30,594 nt of DNA. It comes from an uncultured Eubacteriales bacterium. Its GTDB lineage: Bacteria; Bacillota; Clostridia; Lachnospirales; Lachnospiraceae. Where the stretch lies: positions 1 through 30,594 of the forward strand of contig CACYBV010000037.1 in the NCBI GenBank assembly GCA_902772745.1. Direction: 5' to 3'. Positions 8,735 to 16,960 of this stretch are shown here, in pieces. Made by a program: the position numbers and the translations under genes. The notes below the pieces were generated by a model that saw nothing but the letters and a program-made list of their open reading frames with translations, was not told the DNA's origin and did no database searches. Position 1 is the stretch's first letter; every line of letters begins with the position of its first letter.

Positions 8735-8840
8735 GATGTCAATAAAAGGACGCTCCGATACGGAAGAGGACAGGAAACCGCACGTAATCCGACGGCCTTC
8801 TCAGCTCCGGAGCGGAGAAATCAGGGGCAGAAAAAGGAGC

Positions 8841-9287
8841 ATGAAAACAGTCAGAGTTGCGGCGGCAGTCATACATGCATTAAACAGCCGCGGAGAAACG
8901 GTCATCTTTGCGACGCAGCGCGGCTACGGCGAATACAAGGACTGGTGGGAGTTCCCCGGAGGAAAGATCGAAGCATACGAGACGCCGGAACAGGCCTTAC
9001 GGCGGGAAATCCGCGAAGAACTGGATGCCGGAGTCACGGTCGAAAAGCTGCTGACGACAGTAGAATATGATTATCCGGCTTTTCATCTGTCGATGGATGT
9101 TTTCTGGTGCAGCCGGGGAGACGGGCAGCTGACGCTTTTGGAGCATGAGGCTGCGAGATGGCTGCCGATGGACAGCCTGCATGAAGTAAACTGGCTTCCG
9201 GCGGATATTCAGGTGCTGGATGCGATTGAGAAAGCGGGACGGGACAGGACCGATTCGGAGGAGATTCGGCAGAGAAAGCCGGACTGA
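8841..9287 (+). CDS. NUDIX hydrolase, MutT/NudG-like (d)NTP pyrophosphohydrolase
   Basis: ATQRGYG...WEFPGGKIEAYETPEQALRREIREEL Nudix box and WLPAD. ATG 8841 follows AAGGAG. Confidence 0.9.
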   Translation: MKTVRVAAAVIHALNSRGETVIFATQRGYGEYKDWWEFPGGKIEAYETPEQALRREIREELDAGVTVEKLLTTVEYDYPAFHLSMDVFWCSRGDGQLTLLEHEAARWLPMDSLHEVNWLPADIQVLDAIEKAGRDRTDSEEIRQRKPD

Positions 9288-9390
9288 TCAGAAAAAGAAA
9301 GATGATACGGTGAGAACGGAAGAAAGCTTCCGAAAAAAACCGTCAGAGATACACAAAGGATGATGAACTCGGAAAGTGAGGGAGAAATCA

Positions 9391-11139
9391 ATGAAGTTTT
9401 GTACAAATTGCGGAAAGCAGATCAGAGAGACGGCGGCGTTCTGCACTTTCTGTGGGCAGAGAACCGGGTTTATACGGCCGCAGCCGGGACCGGCTCCGCA
9501 GCCCGTGCCAATGCCGCAGCCCGTGCCAATGCCGCAGCCGGTACCAACACCGCAGCCGGCAGCAGCTCCCGAACCGGCACCAATGCCATGGCCGGGACAG
9601 GCGCCTCTTCAGGAACAGGTTTCCGAACCGGTGATGCAGACGAATCCGATCCCGGATCCGGCAGCGGCGCCGTGGCCGGCAGCTCCTGAACCGGCACCAA
9701 TGCCGCAGCCGGCACCAACACCGCAGCCGGAGACGCCATGGAAACCTGTGACGGCAGCGGTTTTGGATCAGGAGGAAATAATTCCGCAGCCGGTCCCGGT
9801 ACCGGAACCGAGTTGGGAAGAGAAGCCAAGCCAGGCTCTGAAGCCCCCGAAGGAGGACCTGCTCTCATTGGCAGATGATCCGGTGTGGGAACAGCCGATT
9901 CCGCAGCCGGATGTGCCGTTGTGGGAACAGCCGATCCCGCAGCCGGATGTGCCGATAAGGGGACAGGAAACTCCCCGGGCGGATGAACTTCTGCAGACTT
10001 ATGCTCCGATCCCGGATGATATTCCGCTGCCGCCGGCTCAGGAACCGCCGCTCGCACCGGAATTCCCGAATCTTCCGCCGCAGGGAGAAGCGGTGATGCA
10101 GAATGAACCGTTCCGTCCCTTCCCGCAGGAAGCGCCGCCGCAGCCCGGAATGCCCGGAATGCCGCAGCAGGGATCCTGGCAGGAAGCCCCGCCGCAGCCC
10201 GGAATGCCCGGAATGCCGCAGCGGGGAGCCTGGCAGGGAGACCCTCGGGAACAGCTTCCGCCTCCTCCGGTGCAGGAGATGACACCGCCGCCGTATACAG
10301 TCCCGGGTCCGACAGTGCAGCAGTCGTTCGGCCCGGCCCCTGTCAGCGAATCGAAAAAGAAGAAATCCGGCAGCAGCATTCTCCTTTTGTGCCTTCTCGC
10401 AGCTGTATTTTTACTCGGCCTTTGTGCGGAAATTTTCGCCAACATGCCGATCCGGGACCTTCTGTACAATCCGCTGAATATCCCGCAAAGCGAATTGAGA
10501 CGGATCGCCTATCTCCAGGTACTGCAGAGTTTCGGAATTGAAAGCATCCCGATCTATTCGGCGCCGTCGTTTCTGATGAATCTGATGGTTTACAGGGCGG
10601 GGAGCAGCACGGGCGCGGTTCTTCGCTGGATTCCGTACCTGATCCTGTTCTTTATTCCGGTCCTTACTGCGTTTTTCCGGAACAGGAAGGTTCAGAGCGT
10701 TCCGCTCTTCGTAAGCGGAGGCTTTACGCTTCTTGAGGGTATTGGAATTGTGCTCGCTTCGGAGCTGAGTCCTATCGGAGGGCGGATTCTGAATGCGTTT
10801 TATGCCGTTCCGTTTATTATGGAAGCGGTGATCGTCATTCTTCTTGCGGTTTCCTTCCTTGCGAAGAAGAAGCTTTTGTGCCTGATTTCGGGCATTCTGT
10901 CGGTACTTTTCGCAGTGGATTCGATCATGCTGACACCGGTGATCCTGAGGATTTCCAGGATGTATATGCCGGTGACTCTTGAAAACATCCTGCGTTCCTT
11001 CAGATGGGTGCTGTCCAATCCCCGCGCGCTTTACCTGGATGCGGGCGCCTCTTTCTGGCCGGTTTATAAAACCTTCGTCCTTGTAATGTATGCGCTCCTT
11101 GCGTTCTTTTCACTGAAAAAACTGAAAAAGGAGAGCTGA
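9391..11139 (+). CDS. Zinc-ribbon / Pro-Gln-rich linker / multi-TM membrane protein
   Basis: MKFCTNCGKQIRETAAFCTFCG (zinc_ribbon_2 pattern), about 300 aa Pro-rich region, then KKKK and about 6 hydrophobic segments. RBS GAGGGAG. Confidence 0.8.
   Translation: MKFCTNCGKQIRETAAFCTFCGQRTGFIRPQPGPAPQPVPMPQPVPMPQPVPTPQPAAAPEPAPMPWPGQAPLQEQVSEPVMQTNPIPDPAAAPWPAAPEPAPMPQPAPTPQPETPWKPVTAAVLDQEEIIPQPVPVPEPSWEEKPSQALKPPKEDLLSLADDPVWEQPIPQPDVPLWEQPIPQPDVPIRGQETPRADELLQTYAPIPDDIPLPPAQEPPLAPEFPNLPPQGEAVMQNEPFRPFPQEAPPQPGMPGMPQQGSWQEAPPQPGMPGMPQRGAWQGDPREQLPPPPVQEMTPPPYTVPGPTVQQSFGPAPVSESKKKKSGSSILLLCLLAAVFLLGLCAEIFANMPIRDLLYNPLNIPQSELRRIAYLQVLQSFGIESIPIYSAPSFLMNLMVYRAGSSTGAVLRWIPYLILFFIPVLTAFFRNRKVQSVPLFVSGGFTLLEGIGIVLASELSPIGGRILNAFYAVPFIMEAVIVILLAVSFLAKKKLLCLISGILSVLFAVDSIMLTPVILRISRMYMPVTLENILRSFRWVLSNPRALYLDAGASFWPVYKTFVLVMYALLAFFSLKKLKKES
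9496..10232 (+). repeat. In-frame tandem repeats in the Pro-rich linker
   Basis: 18 bp unit CCGCAGCCCGTGCCAATG twice plus degenerate copies (9496-9549). 36 bp period WEQPIPQPDVP twice (9885, 9921). 54 bp period QEAPPQPGMPGMPQxGxW twice (10125, 10179). Confidence 0.9.
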
Positions 11140-11173
11140 GGGCAAAAAGCCCCGTAAAAGGAAAGAAACGGAT

Positions 11174-12034
11174 ATGGCAGTCTGTTCTGTATGCTTCAGG
11201 CACTGCAGTCTGAAAGAAGGAGGCATCGGATTCTGCGGCGCACGGACACAGCGGGCGGGAAAAATCGAACCGCTTGTGTATGGAGGAATATCCTCCGCCG
11301 CGCTGGATCCGATCGAGAAAAAGCCGCTGGCCCGTTTTTACCCGGGAAGGAAAATCCTTTCCGTCGGTTTTTTCGGCTGCAATCTCCGGTGCCCTTTCTG
11401 CCAGAATTATGAAATTTCATGGTCGGAAGAAGCGGGGAGACTTCGGAAAAATGCGGAGCCGGTATCTCCGGAAGCGATCGCGGATATGGCGGAACAGCTT
11501 ATTCCGCGAGGAAATATCGGCGCCGCATTCACCTACAACGAGCCGCTGGTAAGCTACGAATTCGTGCGTGATACCGCAAAACTTCTCCATGAACGGAGGC
11601 TGAAAACGGTTCTTGTGACAAACGGGACGGCGGAGCAGGATGTTCTTGCGGAACTGCTGCCTTATACGGACGCGATGAATATCGACCTCAAAGGCTTCAC
11701 GGACCGGTATTATGAGAGCGTACTCGGCGGAAACCTCCGGCAGGTCATGGATTTTATCCGTACTGCCGTGCGGCACTGCCATGTGGAACTGACGACACTC
11801 ATCGTTCCCGGTGAAAACGACACGGAAGAGGAGATGCGGGAGCTGTCCCGGTGGGTGGCGGGCCTTACGGACGCGCAGGGGAACCGGATCGGATCGGAGA
11901 TTCCGCTGCACATCTCGAGGTTCTTCCCGCGTTTTCACATGAACGACCGCCCGGCGACCGACGTCAGGCTGATTTACAGACTGGCGGATACCGCGTCGGA
12001 AAACCTGAAATACGTTTATACCGGAAACTGCTGA
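11174..12034 (+). CDS. AmmeMemoRadiSam-system-type radical SAM enzyme (PFL-activase-like)
   Basis: N-terminal CSVCFRHC...GFCGAR, DPIEKKPL, GCNLRCPFCQN (CxxxCxxC), FTYNEP, NIDLKGF, PLHISRFFP and YVYTGNC. Confidence 0.88.
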   Translation: MAVCSVCFRHCSLKEGGIGFCGARTQRAGKIEPLVYGGISSAALDPIEKKPLARFYPGRKILSVGFFGCNLRCPFCQNYEISWSEEAGRLRKNAEPVSPEAIADMAEQLIPRGNIGAAFTYNEPLVSYEFVRDTAKLLHERRLKTVLVTNGTAEQDVLAELLPYTDAMNIDLKGFTDRYYESVLGGNLRQVMDFIRTAVRHCHVELTTLIVPGENDTEEEMRELSRWVAGLTDAQGNRIGSEIPLHISRFFPRFHMNDRPATDVRLIYRLADTASENLKYVYTGNC

Positions 12035-12071
12035 AAAAGAGAAGGGAATAAGACCTGACGTCACAAAAACA

Positions 12072-12111
12072 GGCAAGCCCCCAGGGACAGAGATCTCCCT
12101 GGGGGCTTGCC
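12072..12111 (-). terminator. Terminator between the convergent radical SAM gene and tex
   Basis: GGCAAGCCCCCAGGGA/TCCCTGGGGGCTTGCC, perfect 16 bp stem. The minus-strand tail is TGTTTTTGTG. Confidence 0.8.
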
Positions 12112-12127
12112 GTCCCGTCAGAAACAG

Positions 12128-14284
12128 TTATTTCGCCTGTTTGATCGAAAGCGAGATGCGGTTTTTCTTTCCGTTCACATCAAGGATGACGACCGTCACT
12201 TCGTCGCCGACCGACAGGACTTCCGAGGGATGCTTAATATAGCGGTCCGCGATCTCGGAGATATGAACAAGACCGTCCTGATGGACGCCGATGTCGACAA
12301 AAGCGCCGAAATCGATGACGTTCCGGACAGTTCCCTTAAGAACCATCCCCGGCCGGAGATCCTCGATCGACAGAAGGTCGGTGCGGAAGATCGGCGCCGG
12401 AAGCTCGTCACGGGGATCGCGGCCGGGTTTCATCAGTTCCGAAACAATATCCTGGAGGGTCATCAGTCCGACACCGCAGTCGGACGCGGCTTGCTCAGGC
12501 CCGTAAAGCTGAAGCGCCTTCGGAAGTTCCCGGAGTTTCCCGGATCGGATGTCGGAAAAATCCTTATGAAGAAGCGTGAGAAGCTTCTTTGCGGCATCAT
12601 AGCTTTCCGGATGGACGGCGGTGCTGTCGAGCACATTTTCGGCGTCCGGAATCCGTAAAAAACCTGCGCACTGCTCATAGGCTTTCGGACCGAGCTTCGG
12701 GACTTTGAGGAGCTCCGAGCGCTTCTTAAAGGCGCCGTTCTGCTCCCTCCATGCCACAATGTTCCTGCTGACTGCGGGAGAGAGCCCTGAGACTCTCTGT
12801 AAGAGCGAAAAAGAGGCCGTATTCAGGTCGACGCCCACCTGGTTGACACAATCCTCGACGACAGCGGAAAGGGCCTCTTCCAGGCGCTTTTCGGGCATAT
12901 CGTGCTGGTACTGTCCGACGCCGATCGCTTTCGGATCGATTTTGACAAGTTCGGCAAGGGGATCCTGGAGCCTCCGCGCGATCGAAACCGCGGAGCGCAG
13001 GTTCACATCGTAGTCCGGGAATTCCTCGGAAGCCAGCTTTGACGCCGAATAAACCGAAGCGCCGGCTTCGGAGACGACCATATAGGAAACGTTTCGGAGC
13101 GTGTTTTCCCGGATCATTTCGGCGGTCATGGCTTCAGTCTCGCGGGAAGCGGTCCCGTTCCCGATCGCGATTCTCGTAACGCCGTACTTTCGGATCATTG
13201 CTGCGAGTTTCTTTTCGGCTTCCTGTTTCTGGCGTTCGCCGTAAGTCGGATAGACGACGGCGGTGTCGAGCACCTTGCCCGTAGGATCGACAACGGCGAC
13301 TTTGCAGCCCATGCGGTAGCCCGGGTCGAGGCCCATTGTGACCGCTCCGCGAACCGGCGGCTGCAAAAGAAGCGGCTTCAGGTTCGATGCGAAATTCCGG
13401 ATCGCGCCTTCCGAAGCCCTGTCCGTGAGTTCGCTCCTGAGCTCGTTTTCGAGAGAAGGGCGCATGAGACGCCGGAAGCCGTCCGTAATCGCCGCATCGA
13501 GAAAAGCTTCGGCCGGGGAATGCTCCCGGATGATGGATTTTTTCATCGCCCAGAGAATCTTATCCTCCATGACATCGAAGCTCACTTTCAGAAACCCTTC
13601 CTTCTCGCCGCGGTTCAGGGCAAGGATCTGGTGGTCGGGAATGCGCGAAAGATCCCCGGAAAATTCATAATAACCGCTGTAAACGGAGTCTTCTTCCCCG
13701 GCCGCCCTCGAAAGGAGCGCGCCGGAGCGGTGATAGAATCCGCGGATGCCTTTCCGAAGTTCCGGCGAGTCGGAAACCCGTTCGGCGATGATATCGGAAG
13801 CGCCCTGGAGCGCATCTTCCGCCGTGTTCACACCTTTTTCGGGATCAATATAGGGAATCGCTTCCAGTTCCGGCGCCTTCATGTCCGTGTCCTGCGCATA
13901 CAGGATATCCGCAAGCGGCTCGAGCCCCTTTTCACGGGCAATTGTCGCGCGCGTGCGGCGCTTCTTCTGGTAAGGACGGTACAGGTCCTCGAGCTCCGAA
14001 AGCGTCTCGGCGTCCCCGATGCTTTTTTCAAGTTCTTCCGTAAGTTTTCCCTGCTCCGAAATCAGCCGCAGCACTTCTTCACGGCGTGCTTCCAGGTTTC
14101 TCAGGTATTTCAGACGCTCCTCCAGCGTCCTGAGAAGTTCGTCGCCCATGTTCTCATGGGCTTCTTTTCTGTAACGTGCGATGAAAGGAATGGTATTGCC
14201 CTCGTCATACAGGTCAATGACGTTCTGTATGATTTTCGGGCTTTTTCCAAGCTCTTCCGACAGTCTCTGTGTAATCCGGTCCAT
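12128..14284 (-). CDS. tex: Tex family RNA-binding transcriptional accessory protein
   Basis: GNTIPFIARYRKE, GLDPGYRMGCK, IAIGNGTASRET, VSEAGASVYSAS, IGVGQYQHD and a C-terminal S1 domain FGAFVDIGVHQDGLVHIS. Confidence 0.95.
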   Translation of the reverse strand: MDRITQRLSEELGKSPKIIQNVIDLYDEGNTIPFIARYRKEAHENMGDELLRTLEERLKYLRNLEARREEVLRLISEQGKLTEELEKSIGDAETLSELEDLYRPYQKKRRTRATIAREKGLEPLADILYAQDTDMKAPELEAIPYIDPEKGVNTAEDALQGASDIIAERVSDSPELRKGIRGFYHRSGALLSRAAGEEDSVYSGYYEFSGDLSRIPDHQILALNRGEKEGFLKVSFDVMEDKILWAMKKSIIREHSPAEAFLDAAITDGFRRLMRPSLENELRSELTDRASEGAIRNFASNLKPLLLQPPVRGAVTMGLDPGYRMGCKVAVVDPTGKVLDTAVVYPTYGERQKQEAEKKLAAMIRKYGVTRIAIGNGTASRETEAMTAEMIRENTLRNVSYMVVSEAGASVYSASKLASEEFPDYDVNLRSAVSIARRLQDPLAELVKIDPKAIGVGQYQHDMPEKRLEEALSAVVEDCVNQVGVDLNTASFSLLQRVSGLSPAVSRNIVAWREQNGAFKKRSELLKVPKLGPKAYEQCAGFLRIPDAENVLDSTAVHPESYDAAKKLLTLLHKDFSDIRSGKLRELPKALQLYGPEQAASDCGVGLMTLQDIVSELMKPGRDPRDELPAPIFRTDLLSIEDLRPGMVLKGTVRNVIDFGAFVDIGVHQDGLVHISEIADRYIKHPSEVLSVGDEVTVVILDVNGKKNRISLSIKQAK

Positions 14285-14361
14285 AAATTGGTTCTGTTCC
14301 TCCGATTGTATCCGCCCGGCGCGAAATAATGATTCTCCCGGACGGCTTTTTACCAGAGAAG

Positions 14362-14390
14362 ATTGTATCTGATTGCAGGAAAAAAGTCAA
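14362..14390 (-). promoter_or_regulatory. Sigma-A promoter for tex
   Basis: Minus strand TTGACT (14390-14385), 17 bp spacer, TACAAT (14367-14362). Confidence 0.7.
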
Positions 14391-14394
14391 TGCC

Positions 14395-14423
14395 TTGACC
14401 TTCCGGAGAATCAATGGTATAAT
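14395..14423 (+). promoter_or_regulatory. Sigma-A promoter for the SGNH hydrolase gene
   Basis: TTGACC, 17 bp spacer, TATAAT, with extended -10 TG. Confidence 0.75.
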
Positions 14424-14499
14424 ACGCAGGAATACAGAAAATGACTGCCCGGATCTGACCCCGGGCGTACAGACAGGCATCAGCCCGGAGATTACAGGA

Positions 14500-15708
14500 A
14501 TGAACAGATCGCAAAAGAAAAAAATACAGAAAATCCGGAAAAGCCGCCGTGCGATCATGATGGCGGAGATTGCGGTCGCGGTGCTTGCCATCGCTGCGGC
14601 GATTATCGTTCTCGTGGTGACGGAAAAAAAGAAGAATGAAAAGCCGGCGGACAGTCTGACCTCTTTGTCTGAAAACCTGACGGAGGAAATGACGGCGGAA
14701 ACGCCTGCGACAACGGAACCGGAAACCACGACAATCGCGCCGGAAACGACGACTGCGGAACCCGAGACCTCGGAAGAACCGACCGAAACGACGACGGAGC
14801 AGGAGACCGATGAAGACGGAAATCCGGTGATCTCCTTTACGATTGAGCCGACCGGTCAGTCGGAAGCTGACGTTACAAGTACCGCGCCGGATTCTACGGA
14901 GACGCCGTCTGAGCCCGGTTCGGAATCAGGGGATCCGGAGAACACGGATGAAACGGACAGCGATGCAAAAGACGGTACGGAGAGTGATTCCGAAACCGAC
15001 ACGGACGACAGCGAAGAGAGCGATTCGGAAAGCGAATCCGAGGACGTTTCGGAAAGTGATGCCGAGGATAAATCGGAAAGCGAATCCGGAAGCGACACTG
15101 AGGACGGCTCAGAAAGCGAGACGGAAAGCACCGATGAAAAGCTGGAAGGCCCGGATTATAGTCAGGTGGTCTTTATCGGCGACTCCCGGACGCTTACGAT
15201 GGGAACAGGCGGCGAGCTTGCCTTCGACCTCGTTCCGATGGATTCGATCGCCGCAACCTGGGGCGGACAGCTGACGGACGGCTCGGCTTATGAAAACATT
15301 ACGAATGCCGCGCTCAAGACCCGCAAAAAAGCGGTGTTCTGGTACGGGATCAACGATGTCCAGCTGAATCCAGAGCGGGACAACCCGGAAGTTTTCATCG
15401 CGAACTACGACCGCCTGATTTCGACCTATCTCACGATGTACGACAGCAGTACGGTTTATATTCTGTCCATACTTCCGACAACCGTCCGGGAAAAGGATTA
15501 TTACGAGGGACAGGATGAAAACATCGCCGCCTATAACCAGGCGCTGCAGACCTATGCGTATGATCACAATTATGTCTTCCTGGATCTCACGCCGCTTTTC
15601 ACCGGCGACGAGTGCTTCTCGGAAGGCGACAACATTCATTTTGCCGACTGGTGGTATAAGGAGCGCTTCCTCCCGGCTGTGACGAGAGCAATCGGAATTG
15701 TATACTGA
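14500..15708 (+). CDS. Membrane-anchored SGNH/GDSL hydrolase on an acidic Ser/Thr/Asp/Glu stalk
   Basis: Basic N-terminus plus one TM and a long low-complexity linker, then FIGDSRT (block I), YGINDV (block III) and DNIHF (block V). The ORF-track start at 14329 lies upstream of the promoter. Confidence 0.85.
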   Translation: MNRSQKKKIQKIRKSRRAIMMAEIAVAVLAIAAAIIVLVVTEKKKNEKPADSLTSLSENLTEEMTAETPATTEPETTTIAPETTTAEPETSEEPTETTTEQETDEDGNPVISFTIEPTGQSEADVTSTAPDSTETPSEPGSESGDPENTDETDSDAKDGTESDSETDTDDSEESDSESESEDVSESDAEDKSESESGSDTEDGSESETESTDEKLEGPDYSQVVFIGDSRTLTMGTGGELAFDLVPMDSIAATWGGQLTDGSAYENITNAALKTRKKAVFWYGINDVQLNPERDNPEVFIANYDRLISTYLTMYDSSTVYILSILPTTVREKDYYEGQDENIAAYNQALQTYAYDHNYVFLDLTPLFTGDECFSEGDNIHFADWWYKERFLPAVTRAIGIVY

Positions 15709-15828
15709 TCCGGATACACAGTCATTTTTCGCCGGCGCGTACCGGCCTCTGTGCCCGCATATGATATGCGTGTTTTCAGCCCCGGAGATGAATGCGGATT
15801 CCGTTAATTTCAACTGAACAGAAATCGG

Positions 15829-15866
15829 ACTGAGGGACGCCTGCGGGCAGGAGTCCCTCAGTTTTT
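15829..15866 (+). terminator. Intrinsic terminator downstream of the SGNH gene
   Basis: ACTGAGGGAC...CCTGC-GG-GCAGG...GTCCCTCAGT followed by TTTT. Confidence 0.75.
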
Positions 15867-15976
15867 AGATTCGCCGTTCAGTATTTCACGGATCCGGCGG
15901 ACGTTCGAAGTGCCGCTGTCCGCGATCGGGATATAGTACATCGATGGTTCCTGCCGGTATAAACAGCCCCGGCTTT

Positions 15977-16026
15977 GAAAACAATCCGGGGCTTCATCAT
16001 ACAGCTGCTGTATGAAAAAGCCCCGG
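15977..16026 (-). terminator. Probable terminator for the AraC gene
   Basis: CCGGGGCT (15986-15993)/AGCCCCGG (16019-16026) enclosing TCATACAG/CTGTATGA. The minus-strand tail is ATTGTTTTC. Confidence 0.55.
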
Positions 16027-16062
16027 GAAAAGCAACGGATAAATCTTAATTGTTTCCGGCAG

Positions 16063-16920
16063 TTATTTTGCCTTGCGGATCTCGTGAATGCGGCGGTACT
16101 CATTCGGAGAGACGCCGACATGTTTCTTAAAGACCTTGTTGAAATTGGAGATCGACTGGAAACCGGAACTCTGCGCGACATCCTGGATCGAAATCCGGCG
16201 GTTTGAGAGCAGCATCAGCGCTTTCTGGATACGATGGTCGTTGAGGTAGTCATTGAAGCTCTGGCCGCTGTACTGGCGGAAGAGACGCGAGAAATAGAAG
16301 GTGCTGATGCCGACTTCTTCCGAGACCTCCGCCTGGGTGATTCGCTTGTCGCAGTTTGCGATGATATAGCTGCAGGCTTTCTCCATCTTGGAGCTGGAGT
16401 TGCGGCGTACGAGTTCGACGTTCTGGGCTGCGAGAGAATTATCGCGGGCTTTTTTTGCGGCTTCGATGAGAATCTTCATGATGTCGATCCGGACGAGGGT
16501 CTCATAGAACAGCTCCTGCTTTTCCGAACTGCTGTATGCATGCAGGAGACAGGCCGTGACTTCGTCCCTCAGCTTTTCACAGGAATCATCGAGAAGGCGT
16601 ACGGTATTGAGATAGTGGTAGTAGGCACAGATATCTTCACATTCGTTGATAGCGCTGGAATCGAACTCGAGCACCAGGGCGCCTTTTTTCGAAGAGGAAA
16701 TAACTTCGAATTCTTCACCCGGCCAGACAAGCAGCACGTTTCCTTCCGAAAGGCTGAAATCCTGGTCCTGGACACGGAACTTAATGCGGTTCTTTTTTGC
16801 GAGAATGAACCTCGCCGGCATATGCCAGCGCTGATTTCCCGAGAGCTCTTTCTCCCCGAGATATCCGAATTCAAAACGGGTTTTTGATGCCTCGGGGAGC
16901 TTTGTGTTCCCTTTTTTCAT
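16063..16920 (-). CDS. AraC family transcriptional regulator
   Basis: Cupin-like N-terminus (RWHMPARF...LVWPGEEF) and a double HTH: VSEEVGISTFYFSRLFRQYSG...RIQKALMLL...VAQSSGFQSISNFNKVFKKHVGVSPNEYR. Confidence 0.92.
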   Translation of the reverse strand: MKKGNTKLPEASKTRFEFGYLGEKELSGNQRWHMPARFILAKKNRIKFRVQDQDFSLSEGNVLLVWPGEEFEVISSSKKGALVLEFDSSAINECEDICAYYHYLNTVRLLDDSCEKLRDEVTACLLHAYSSSEKQELFYETLVRIDIMKILIEAAKKARDNSLAAQNVELVRRNSSSKMEKACSYIIANCDKRITQAEVSEEVGISTFYFSRLFRQYSGQSFNDYLNDHRIQKALMLLSNRRISIQDVAQSSGFQSISNFNKVFKKHVGVSPNEYRRIHEIRKAK

Positions 16921-16960
16921 TTTCTTTCTCCTTGGATTGGAATTTTTGATTTATGTTCGC

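Noticed and set aside
8655-8840. N-terminal extensions in the ORF track (also 246-287, 14329-14499, 18761-18829, 18851-19000, 25721-25759, 26214-26258, 28088-28411)
   Set aside because: They overlap promoters or upstream genes, and downstream starts have better RBS or family-typical N-termini.
9481-10240. CRISPR-like array
   Set aside because: The repeats are tandem, in frame and inside a CDS, with no unique spacers and no cas genes.
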